Assembly (NCBI GenBank): GCA_947632545.1
Contig: CANRPP010000005.1
Span: 1-56,043 of the forward strand
Length of the DNA stretch: 56,043 bases
Source: an uncultured Bacilli bacterium
GTDB lineage: Bacteria > Bacillota_I > Bacilli_A > RF39 > UBA660
Direction: 5' to 3'
The stretch's first letter is position 1. The number at the start of each line of letters is the position of its first letter. Below the pieces are notes generated by a model. The model was given only the letters and a program-made list of their open reading frames with translations. It made no database searches and was not told where the DNA came from. This document shows positions 9,822-18,433 of the stretch, in pieces. The translations under genes and the position numbers were made by a program.

Positions 9822-9832
9822 TATATTTTGTA
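9822..9832 (+). repeat. Left copy of 11-bp target-site duplication TATATTTTGTA
   Basis: Identical to 11191-11201; abuts the left IR. Confidence 0.9.
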
Positions 9833-9913
9833 TGAAGTTGTAAGATAAAAGTAGACACATAAAAAACATGTCTGCATTTTTTTGTTATAATAAATGTAAA
9901 AGGAGATGATAGT

Positions 9914-10264
9914 ATGCCAAGTGGTAGACCACCAGGTGGAATAAATAGAAATTATACAATAAAAGAAAAAGAAAAAATAATTGAAGAAGCATTAGAAATA
10001 GGGATAGGACCAATAGCTAGAAAATATAAAATAAGTAAAGGAATGGTATGTAATTGGGTAAAAAAATATAAAGAAAATGGTAATAAAGTAATTGATAATA
10101 AATATAAAAGAGGAAACCCTCTTGCTAAATATAACAAAAAGAAAAATTTAACAGATTTAGAAAAACTTGAATATGAAAATATGAAATTAAGAATTGAGAA
10201 TGAACGATTAAAAAAAGGATACCTAGTGAAAGGAGATGGTTCAGTTGTAATATTCAAAAAATAA
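9914..10264 (+). CDS. IS3-family transposase OrfA (HTH plus leucine zipper)
   Basis: RBS AAGGAG; HTH IARKYKI....VCNWVKKY; LEYENMKLRIENERLKK zipper. Confidence 0.93.
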   Translation: MPSGRPPGGINRNYTIKEKEKIIEEALEIGIGPIARKYKISKGMVCNWVKKYKENGNKVIDNKYKRGNPLAKYNKKKNLTDLEKLEYENMKLRIENERLKKGYLVKGDGSVVIFKK

Positions 10265-11154
10265 AACAACAAGAATTTGAAATTGTAGAAATATTAAGTA
10301 AAGATTTTTCAGTTAAATCATTATGTGAAGTAATGAATATATCGAGAAGTGGATACTATAAATGGTTAAAAACTAAAGATATATTAAATAGATATGAAAT
10401 AAATCGTAGAGATTTAGAACCATTAATAAAAGATATTCATAAAAGAAAGCCTAGTTATGGATATCATAGAATTAACTATTTAATAAGAAAAGAAACAGGA
10501 TGGGTAGTAAGTGATAATTTAGTTCATAAAGTATGCAAAATATTAAAAATAAAAAGTAAAGCAAGACATTATTCCATTTATAAAAAGCCAGGAGAAGAAT
10601 CAGTAAAGTATCCTAATATTATTAATAATAATTGGAAAACTTCTAGACCATTAGAAAAAATAACATCAGATACAACTATGATTTATTTTAAAGGAAAAAA
10701 ATATGATTGGACATATTATGTAGATGCATTCGATGATTCAATCATTGGTTCTGATGTAAAGCCATTTTATTATGGAGTAAATATGGTTAATCACAAAGAG
10801 GCTTTAAAAGATATGTTAAATAACAAAATAAAAAGAGGATATAAAAGCCAAGACACAATTTTTCACTCAGATCAAGGCACAATATACTCCTCAATTGCAT
10901 TTAACAATGCACATAAAGATTACAACATAATTAGATCAATGTCAAGAGCAGGAACACCAACAGATAATCCAATAATCGAATCAAAAAATGGTTGGTTAAA
11001 AAAAGAAATGTATATAGATTTTAATCAAAATGATTATGAAACAGTCGAAGATTATATAAATGACATTATACATGATCATAATTATTTAAGACCTAGTTAT
11101 GCTTTAAATTATAAAACCCCGATTGAATATAGAATTCAATCAGGATTCAATTAA
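10204..11154 (+). CDS. IS3-family DDE transposase OrfB (probably expressed as an OrfAB fusion)
   Basis: Frame open from 10204 (first ATG 10333); LC....SRSGYYKW, YGYHRI, SDTT, FHSDQG, DNPIIES..GWLKKE; DDE triad intact. Confidence 0.95.
   Translation, partial: TIKKRIPSERRWFSCNIQKIKQQEFEIVEILSKDFSVKSLCEVMNISRSGYYKWLKTKDILNRYEINRRDLEPLIKDIHKRKPSYGYHRINYLIRKETGWVVSDNLVHKVCKILKIKSKARHYSIYKKPGEESVKYPNIINNNWKTSRPLEKITSDTTMIYFKGKKYDWTYYVDAFDDSIIGSDVKPFYYGVNMVNHKEALKDMLNNKIKRGYKSQDTIFHSDQGTIYSSIAFNNAHKDYNIIRSMSRAGTPTDNPIIESKNGWLKKEMYIDFNQNDYETVEDYINDIIHDHNYLRPSYALNYKTPIEYRIQSGFN
10210..10217 (+). promoter_or_regulatory. Probable -1 ribosomal frameshift site (A AAA AAA G)
   Basis: In the OrfA frame; the -1 frame is open from 10204 into OrfB. 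C AAA AAA at 10255-10261 is an alternative site. Confidence 0.65.
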
Positions 11155-11190
11155 AGTTTTTTAACTGTCTACTTTTTGTTGACAAGTTCA

Positions 11191-11201
11191 TATATTTTGT
11201 A
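11191..11201 (+). repeat. Right copy of 11-bp target-site duplication TATATTTTGTA
   Basis: Identical to 9822-9832; abuts the right IR. Confidence 0.9.
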
Positions 11202-11283
11202 CATGTTTTTATTATTAATATTATTAAACTAATTCTAAAATTTAATTATATATGATATTATATTAATAGTAGGTGGTGATAGT

Positions 11284-12510
11284 ATGCCTAAAAAAAGAAA
11301 TACTAAAAAGAATATAATTGAAAAAGTAAAAGTAAGTAAATTAAATTTTAATTTATTTGAAGTCATAATTATAGTTATAATATCAATATCTTTAGGTACA
11401 ATAATTGGTTCTTCTATTATATATAGTAATGATAAGATTGCTATCACAAAAATACCTAAAGAACTAGATGAATTTGTAAAAACTTATAATAATATTAATG
11501 AAAATTATTATAAGAAAATAAAAAAAGAAGATTTAGTAGATGCCGCAATAGAAGGAATGATAAATTCATTAGATGATCCATATTCTAATTATATGAGTGA
11601 AAGTGATACAGAAACATTTAATGAAACTATTGATGGAGAATATGTAGGTATAGGTGTTACTATTAGTATAGAAGAAGATTATGCGCAAATACTTGAAGTA
11701 GCAGATAATTCACCTGCTAAATCTGCAGGATTAAAAGTTAATGATAAGATTATCGAGATAGATAATAAAAAAATAAAAGGTAAATCTATAGAAGAAATAT
11801 CAAATTTAGTAAAAGGTAAAAAAAATAGTAAGATTAAATTAAAGGTATTAAGAAATGATAAAGAATTAGAATTTACTTTAAAAAGAAAACCTGTAGAAAT
11901 TTCATCTATAGAGTCAAAGGTTATAGAACAAAATGATAAGAAAATTGGTTATATATATATAGATGTTTTTGCAGCTAATACGTATAAACAATTCAAAAAC
12001 AATTTAAATAAGTTAGAATCCAAAAATATTGATTCATTAATAATAGATGTTAGAAATAATCCTGGAGGTCATTTAAATCAAGTTACTAAAATACTTGAAT
12101 TATTCCTAGATAAAAATAAAGTTTTATATCAAATAAAAGTAAAAAATAATACTACTAAAGTATATTCAACAACTAAAGATAAAAGAAATTATAATATTGC
12201 AGTGTTAATAAATTCATCTAGTGCATCAGCTGCAGAAATACTAGCTAGCGCTATAAAAGAATCATATCATGGAACTATAGTAGGTATAACTTCTCATGGA
12301 AAAGGAACCGTTCAAAAATCATATGAATTAAATAATGGAACAAGTCTAAAATATACAACGGAAGAGTGGTTAACTCCAAATGGAAATTCAATTAATAAAA
12401 AAGGTGTAATACCAGATGAAGAAGTAAAATTAGATGAAGATTATTATAATGAAGGAACTGATGAATTTGATAATCAACTGCAAAAAGCTATAGAAATAAT
12501 AACAAAATAG
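11284..12510 (+). CDS. ctpA: C-terminal processing peptidase, S41 family, with PDZ domain
   Basis: LDDPYS, GIGV, DVRNNPGG, SASAAE, GKGTVQ, W.TPNG. Confidence 0.93.
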   Translation: MPKKRNTKKNIIEKVKVSKLNFNLFEVIIIVIISISLGTIIGSSIIYSNDKIAITKIPKELDEFVKTYNNINENYYKKIKKEDLVDAAIEGMINSLDDPYSNYMSESDTETFNETIDGEYVGIGVTISIEEDYAQILEVADNSPAKSAGLKVNDKIIEIDNKKIKGKSIEEISNLVKGKKNSKIKLKVLRNDKELEFTLKRKPVEISSIESKVIEQNDKKIGYIYIDVFAANTYKQFKNNLNKLESKNIDSLIIDVRNNPGGHLNQVTKILELFLDKNKVLYQIKVKNNTTKVYSTTKDKRNYNIAVLINSSSASAAEILASAIKESYHGTIVGITSHGKGTVQKSYELNNGTSLKYTTEEWLTPNGNSINKKGVIPDEEVKLDEDYYNEGTDEFDNQLQKAIEIITK

Positions 12511-12531
12511 AGGATAATCCTCTATTTTTTT
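12504..12531. terminator. Bidirectional terminator between ctpA and the sortase gene
   Basis: AAAATAGAGG-ataat-CCTCTATTTT overlapping both stop codons. Confidence 0.75.
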
Positions 12532-13046
12532 AAATTACTATTTATTATTAATTGTTTACTACTATCAGTTGTACTACAAGTAGTTAATACTAATTGATTA
12601 TTTGAAGTTTTATTAATTTCAATATCCCCATCTTTATCTTCTAAAAATTTATTATCTACTACATATGTATATTTATTATTTTTATATTGAAGTAATATTT
12701 CATCTCCTACTTTTAATTTATATAAATTATTAAAATATGATACCTCACTATTACCAGAATGTGCTGCTAGAAAAATAATACTATTTTCGTTATCAGGTAA
12801 AATTGATCCTTCAAGTAATTCTACATTTTTTGAAACATTATTATTTTTACTATTTATTTTATATATAGGTTTATTAATATTAAGTTTTTTTATAGATAAA
12901 TTAGCTATAGGTAATTCTTTAGGTATAACACTATTATTAGAAATATTTTTTGTAATAGTATCAGCTGAAATATGAAATGTCATAATAATAAATAAACAAA
13001 ATATAATACAACTAACTAAAAATATTTTTTTTAACAACAAGTCCAC
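12522..13046 (-). CDS. Sortase (compact, class D/F-like), non-canonical triad
   Basis: N-terminal TM; LAAHSG, YFNNLYKLKVGD, LVLTTC; the Arg position appears as Gln (SKQLII). Confidence 0.88.
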   Translation of the reverse strand: MDLLLKKIFLVSCIIFCLFIIMTFHISADTITKNISNNSVIPKELPIANLSIKKLNINKPIYKINSKNNNVSKNVELLEGSILPDNENSIIFLAAHSGNSEVSYFNNLYKLKVGDEILLQYKNNKYTYVVDNKFLEDKDGDIEINKTSNNQLVLTTCSTTDSSKQLIINSNLKK

Positions 13047-14454
13047 CTGCTATCAATAATATAACAGTAATAAATAATGGAGTATCTTTTTTAGTATTAG
13101 GCACTTTTATTTTATAATCATATAAATTTATTTCTTTTTTAGTACTATCTTTTACATCAATAGTAAAATCATCAGTATATTTATAACCATCTGTAGTATT
13201 TTTCTGTTTAAATGTATACTTTCCAAAAGGTAAGATAACTTTGGCATAACCATTATTATCAGTAGTAATTGTTTTAACTAGTTTATTCTTACTATCATAT
13301 ATTTCAAATGTAATATTAGCCTCATTATCACTATCAAAACCATCTCCATAAGCTTTATGAAGTACAATTTCTTTTTTAATAACTTCATTTTCTAATTCTA
13401 AAAAGACATCTTTATTATCATGAGTTATTTCAAACTCATAAATATTTTCATCAAGATTGTAACCAATACCAGCGGTAATTTCTTTTATATAATATTTACC
13501 ATAATCTAAATTTTCTATACTAGCTTTCATATCTTCATCAATTATAAGTTTTTCTACTTCTTTCATATTGCTATCGTATATTTGATATACTGCTCCACTA
13601 AGGGAGGCATCACCACTAGGAGTAGTATCTTTTGTATCACTATCAATTTTAGTAACTTCTACTTTAGTTTTATCAACATTAACTTTTAATGAAATATTAA
13701 CGTCATCAATATCTCCTATCATCATCATATTTTGACTATCTGCGGAATTATAATAAAATGGTACAGATGCATTTCTTTTCATACTTCTAACTAAATTAAT
13801 AGTATGTTCTCCTTCTTCTAAGCCACTAATAATAAGTTTATTTCCTTCTATTTTAGCATGAGAATCTAGACTAGTATAATTAGATAATACATTATTAGTA
13901 TCAGTTAAAGTTATAGTTTTTTCTTCTACCATATTAACATTTGCATTATTAATACTAGGAATAGTTAAATAATTATTAATCAAACTATTAATTTCATCCA
14001 TTTCATTTGTATAAGCAGTTATTCTATTACCATTTAGACTATCAGTAAAATAAAAATCTGCAGTAGGTTCAGCTATTTGCCAAATCATAAATTGACTAAT
14101 CGCATACCATTTAGGATCAGTATGATTATTATACGTATAACCAAAATAAGCAATCAAAGATATTCTCTTTATTTGTTCAGCATTAAGATTATCAGCAGTT
14201 AAACTTCTAGTATATGAGCCGCTTTCATTAAACATTGAAAAAGGTTCAATACAATAAGCAAATTTATTACTACCATCATTTAACATAAAGAATCTTGCTT
14301 TTTGCCAATACTTTGCTTTTCCTTTCTCTTTAGTCATCCAAATACCTTGGATATAATCACCTTCATAAAACTTATATGAAGAAGCACTAACATCGACTAA
14401 AGGAAATATGTTAATGCTTAAAATTGTCATTAAGAAAATTATAAATTTTTTCAT
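13012..14454 (-). CDS. Thioester-domain (Cys-Gln) adhesin with CnaB/prealbumin-like domains and sorting signal
   Basis: Signal peptide; AYCIEP, SQFMIW (TQxxxW-like), SQNMM; LSGAVYQIYD, GKYYIKE...GY, GKYTFKQ; C-terminal VPNT, TM and KK. Confidence 0.88.
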   Translation of the reverse strand: MKKFIIFLMTILSINIFPLVDVSASSYKFYEGDYIQGIWMTKEKGKAKYWQKARFFMLNDGSNKFAYCIEPFSMFNESGSYTRSLTADNLNAEQIKRISLIAYFGYTYNNHTDPKWYAISQFMIWQIAEPTADFYFTDSLNGNRITAYTNEMDEINSLINNYLTIPSINNANVNMVEEKTITLTDTNNVLSNYTSLDSHAKIEGNKLIISGLEEGEHTINLVRSMKRNASVPFYYNSADSQNMMMIGDIDDVNISLKVNVDKTKVEVTKIDSDTKDTTPSGDASLSGAVYQIYDSNMKEVEKLIIDEDMKASIENLDYGKYYIKEITAGIGYNLDENIYEFEITHDNKDVFLELENEVIKKEIVLHKAYGDGFDSDNEANITFEIYDSKNKLVKTITTDNNGYAKVILPFGKYTFKQKNTTDGYKYTDDFTIDVKDSTKKEINLYDYKIKVPNTKKDTPLFITVILLIAGGLVVKKNIFS

Positions 14455-14482
14455 ATTCTTCCTCCTTCTTTTTCTTAATGAC
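14426..14482 (-). repeat. Perfect 13-bp inverted repeat enclosing the adhesin RBS and start codon
   Basis: GTCATTAAGAAAA 14426-14438 and TTTTCTTAATGAC 14470-14482, 31 nt apart. Confidence 0.85.
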
Positions 14483-14486
14483 CTAG

Positions 14487-14515
14487 ACTATAGCAGAACA
14501 TTTAATTAATTACAA
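14487..14515 (-). promoter_or_regulatory. sigma-A promoter of the adhesin-sortase operon
   Basis: TTGTAA-N17-TATAGT with extended TG on the minus strand. Confidence 0.65.
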
Positions 14516-14626
14516 AAGACTAATTTATCTAAAGTAAGAATAATTAATTAATAAAAAATAAAAATCTATTATAGAATTTAATAAATTAAATAAAAAAATA
14601 CCTCTAATAATTAAAGTTAGATATAT

Positions 14627-14655
14627 TTGACAAAAAAAATTAATAAACTTATAAT
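14627..14655 (+). promoter_or_regulatory. Consensus sigma-A promoter of fhs
   Basis: TTGACA-N17-TATAAT. Confidence 0.85.
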
Positions 14656-14675
14656 GAGTTTGTTGAGGTGATATA

Positions 14676-16271
14676 ATGACCGATATAGAAATAGCGAGAT
14701 CTGCAAATAAGTTAGATATTAAAGAAATTGCAAAAAAATTAAATATTTCAAGTGATAATTTAATATTATATGGAAATGATAAAGCAAAAATAAAAGCTAC
14801 TAATAATGCTTTAAATGGAAAAATTATTTTAGTAACTGCAATTAACCCTACACCATATGGAGAAGGAAAGACTACAGTAAGTATTGGTTTAGGTGATGCC
14901 CTAAATAAATTAGGTAAGAATGTATGTATAACTTTAAGACAGCCATCAATGGGTCCTGTTTTTGGAATGAAAGGTGGGGCAACTGGTGGGGGATATTCAC
15001 AAGTTGTACCAATGGAAGATATAAACTTACATTTTACAGGAGATATTCACGCTATTAGTGAAGCCAATAATTTATTAGCATCTGCTATAGATAATCATAT
15101 TTATAATGGAAATAGTCTTGATATAAAAAAAGTAGTATTTAAAAGATGTTTAGATGTAAATGATAGAGCTTTAAGAAATATTGATTTAGGAAGTAGAAGA
15201 GATAGTTTTTGTATTACTGCTGCAAGCGAAGTAATGGCAATTTTATGTTTAGCAGAGGATTTAGCAGATTTAGAAAGAAGACTATCAAATATAGTTATCG
15301 GTTATAATAGTAAAAATGAATTTGTTTATGCTAAAGATTTAAATATAGAAAAAGCATTAACTGTTATTTTAAAAGATGCTTTTTATCCTAATTTAGTTCA
15401 AACTTTAGAAAATACTCCAGTCATAATTCATGGAGGACCTTTTGCCAATATTGCTCATGGATGCAATAGTATAAAAGCAACAAAACTTGCTAAAAGTTTA
15501 TCTGACTATGTTATAACAGAAGCAGGATTTGGCGCTGACTTGGGTGCTGAAAAGTTTATAGATATAAAATGTAGAAATAAAGATATAAAACCAGACTGTA
15601 TTGTTTTAGTTGCAACCATAAAAGCACTAAAATATAATGATATAACAAAAAATAATAATATAGAAAATGGTTTATCTAATTTAGAAGCACACATAAATAA
15701 TTTAAAAAAGACTAATTCAAATATAATAGTTTGTCTAAATAAATATAGTGATGATAATATTTCTGATATAACATTAGTAGAAAATTTTTGTAGGAAAAGA
15801 CAAATTTTATTTACACTATCAACTGCATATACAGATGGTGGAAGTGGTGCAATTGATTTAGCTAATAAAGTACTTGATATTCTAAAAAATGAAAATGACT
15901 TTAAATATTATTATGATATTAATGATTCAATAATTGATAAAATAGAAAAGTTATCTAAAAATGTTTATAACGCTAAAGACGTAGTTTATACAGAAGAAGT
16001 AAAACAAAAAATAGATTATTTAGAAAAAAATAATTTAACTAATCTTCCAATTTGTGTTGCTAAAACACAATATTCATTATCTGACGATAAAAATAAATTA
16101 GGTTATCCTAATAATCATACTATGCATATTAATGATATAAGATTATATAATGGAGCAGGCTTTATTACTGTATTTATGGGAGATATTATTGATATGCCAG
16201 GATTACCAAAAAAACCTAATTATGAAAAAATTGGTATTGATATAAACAATAATATATATGGAATAAATTAA
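14676..16271 (+). CDS. fhs: Formate-tetrahydrofolate ligase
   Basis: PTPYGEGKTT, KGGATGGGYSQV, HGGPFANIAHG, TEAGFGADLGAEKF. Confidence 0.97.
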   Translation: MTDIEIARSANKLDIKEIAKKLNISSDNLILYGNDKAKIKATNNALNGKIILVTAINPTPYGEGKTTVSIGLGDALNKLGKNVCITLRQPSMGPVFGMKGGATGGGYSQVVPMEDINLHFTGDIHAISEANNLLASAIDNHIYNGNSLDIKKVVFKRCLDVNDRALRNIDLGSRRDSFCITAASEVMAILCLAEDLADLERRLSNIVIGYNSKNEFVYAKDLNIEKALTVILKDAFYPNLVQTLENTPVIIHGGPFANIAHGCNSIKATKLAKSLSDYVITEAGFGADLGAEKFIDIKCRNKDIKPDCIVLVATIKALKYNDITKNNNIENGLSNLEAHINNLKKTNSNIIVCLNKYSDDNISDITLVENFCRKRQILFTLSTAYTDGGSGAIDLANKVLDILKNENDFKYYYDINDSIIDKIEKLSKNVYNAKDVVYTEEVKQKIDYLEKNNLTNLPICVAKTQYSLSDDKNKLGYPNNHTMHINDIRLYNGAGFITVFMGDIIDMPGLPKKPNYEKIGIDINNNIYGIN

Positions 16272-16279
16272 AAAAGGAG

Positions 16280-16957
16280 TTAAACTCCCTTTTCTTTTTC
16301 GACTTTTGTATTTGTATTCAATGTTTTATTAGCTTTTGGTTCATATATTGTTATTGTATTTGTATAGAATTTACCATTATAACTAATTGAATATAAGTAA
16401 ACTCCAGCTTTTGTAATATCGACATTACTAAGATCTAATTTTATTGCAGCTTTAACTTCATCTGATAATGCCTCTTGAATATATAGTGACACATCATTAG
16501 ATAATGTACTATTTATTTCATATGATAAAGATTTAAGAGTCATTGTATCAATATTTGGTAAAGGTTTAGCTTTAATATTTACAGTTCCATTATAAATTTT
16601 TTTATTATAAGTTATTGTAAAATTATAGCTACCAATTTCATTTATATTTACATTTGATGTATCAAGTTTTAATCTTTTAATAACAATATCATCTATATCT
16701 TCTGGATTAGCTAAATAATCTCTTACATCAACACTTAATGTATTATTTACTTCAAGTTCAACATCTTTTAATTTTATTTCATTATTTTTAAAATCAGAAA
16801 TTCGTACTTGATTAACTTGTAATTTTCCAACATTACTTTCTTCGAATTTTATCATATTAGGCATTATTAAACCACTTGTAATACATAATGCTCCAAGTAC
16901 TGTAAATGTACCAACAACAAGATGATTTAAATTCTTATCTTGCATATACACTCCCAC
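16280..16957 (-). CDS. Membrane-anchored protein with two bacterial Ig-like repeats
   Basis: N-terminal TM; repeated KLD.SNV....G.Y...I.YN motif; start may be 16945. Confidence 0.7.
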   Translation of the reverse strand: MGVYMQDKNLNHLVVGTFTVLGALCITSGLIMPNMIKFEESNVGKLQVNQVRISDFKNNEIKLKDVELEVNNTLSVDVRDYLANPEDIDDIVIKRLKLDTSNVNINEIGSYNFTITYNKKIYNGTVNIKAKPLPNIDTMTLKSLSYEINSTLSNDVSLYIQEALSDEVKAAIKLDLSNVDITKAGVYLYSISYNGKFYTNTITIYEPKANKTLNTNTKVEKEKGV

Positions 16958-17051
16958 TCCTTATAAGAATTATATAATATCTTTCAATAACATTCAAGAA
17001 ATTTGTTGAAATTTGTTTTGTTTTGACATATACTTAACTTGAGGTGAAGAA

Positions 17052-17477
17052 ATGATCGGATTATGGGTATGTATATTTTTAGTATTACTTTTTATTGAAC
17101 TCATAACAGTTAATTTAGTAACTATTTGGTTTGCAGTTGGAGCATTAGGTGCAATAATAGCAACGTTTATAACAGATAATATTACAATTCAAATTATCAT
17201 ATTTATAATAGTAAGTATCATATCATTAATTATAACAAAACCATTTGTAAATAAGATTAGAAAAAGAAAAATAACTCCAACAAATTTAGATAGAGTTATA
17301 GGAAAAGAAGGAATAGTAACTAAAGATATAACAAAAAATTCATATGGGGAAGTAAAAGTAGATGGCAGTATATGGACTGCTGCTAGTAAAGAAAGAATTA
17401 AAAAGGATACTCAAGTAAAAGTTTTAAAAATAGATGGTGTAAAACTTATTGTTGAGAAAGTAAAGGAGGAAAAGTAA
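17052..17477 (+). CDS. NfeD-family membrane protein
   Basis: TM N-terminus; IGKEGIV...GEVKVDG.IW OB-fold; adjacent to SPFH gene. Confidence 0.92.
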   Translation: MIGLWVCIFLVLLFIELITVNLVTIWFAVGALGAIIATFITDNITIQIIIFIIVSIISLIITKPFVNKIRKRKITPTNLDRVIGKEGIVTKDITKNSYGEVKVDGSIWTAASKERIKKDTQVKVLKIDGVKLIVEKVKEEK

Positions 17478-18362
17478 ATGATTTTAACAATAATTATCAT
17501 TATCATCATAGTAGTAGCATTAGGTATAAAAATAGTACCACAATCAAAAGCTTATGTAGTTGAAAGATTAGGAGCATATGATAGAACAATGCAAACAGGA
17601 CTTAACTATAAAGTTCCAATAATTGATAGAATTGCAAATACTGTAAGTTTAAAAGAAATAGTAAAAGATTTTGATCCACAACCAGTTATTACAAAAGATA
17701 ATGTAACAATGCAAATTGATACAGTAGTATATTATCAAATAACAGATCCAAAGCTATATACATATGGAGTTGATAATCCGATTAGTGCAATTGAAAACTT
17801 AACAGCAACAACTCTACGTAATATAATAGGTGAACTTGAATTAGATGAAACTTTAACTTCTCGTGATATTATTAATTCTAAAATGAGATCTATTCTAGAT
17901 GAAGCAACTGATCCATGGGGAATTAAAGTTAATCGTGTAGAAGTAAAAAATATTTTACCACCTAGAGATATCCAAGAAGCAATGGAAAAACAAATGCGTG
18001 CAGAACGTGAAAGACGTGAAGCTATACTTAAAGCTGAAGGTGAGAAAAAATCTGCTATTTTAATTGCAGAAGGTGAAAAAGAAAGTGCAATCTTAAGAGC
18101 GGAGGCTAAAAAAGAAAGTCAAATAAAGGAAGCAGAAGGTGAGGCTGAAGCAATTGTTAAAATTAATAAAGCAACTGCAGAAGGATTAAAATTATTAAAA
18201 GATGCCAAAATGGATGATGCAGTATTGAAACTAAAGAGTTATGAAGCGTTAGTTGATGTAGCCAATGGTCAATCTACAAAAATTATTGTACCAAGTGATT
18301 TACAAAATCTAGCCACTATTGGTACTACTATAAAAGAAACAATTAAATCACCAAAAAAATAA
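17478..18362 (+). CDS. SPFH/stomatin-like (QmcA-type) protein
   Basis: VVERLG, PQPVITKDNV, TLRNIIG, WGIKVNRVE, MEKQMRAER. Confidence 0.95.
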   Translation: MILTIIIIIIIVVALGIKIVPQSKAYVVERLGAYDRTMQTGLNYKVPIIDRIANTVSLKEIVKDFDPQPVITKDNVTMQIDTVVYYQITDPKLYTYGVDNPISAIENLTATTLRNIIGELELDETLTSRDIINSKMRSILDEATDPWGIKVNRVEVKNILPPRDIQEAMEKQMRAERERREAILKAEGEKKSAILIAEGEKESAILRAEAKKESQIKEAEGEAEAIVKINKATAEGLKLLKDAKMDDAVLKLKSYEALVDVANGQSTKIIVPSDLQNLATIGTTIKETIKSPKK

Positions 18363-18433
18363 AGGTTCTTTGAGCCTTTTTATTGTATTTTTAAAAAAAT
18401 TAAATTATAATTATATTTAGGGAAGGTGAGGTT

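Larger units (their letters stand above)
9833..11190 (+). mobile_element. Complete IS3-family insertion sequence (1358 bp, IS150-like organisation)
   Basis: TG...CA ends; imperfect 25-bp IRs (TGAAGTTGTAAGATAAAAGTAGACA versus reverse complement TGAACTTGTCAACAAAAAGTAGACA); orfA and orfB in -1 relation; flanked by direct repeats. Confidence 0.95.

Noticed and set aside
9729-11300. tRNA-Asn as the attachment site of an integrative island
   Set aside because: No integrase and no duplicated tRNA 3' end seen; only an IS lies downstream.
14633-14639. Poly-A/T runs in promoter spacers (e.g. fhs, spoIVA) as phase-variation tracts
   Set aside because: A/T runs of this length are ubiquitous in this AT-rich sequence and these spacers are already optimal, unlike the rare G9 tracts.
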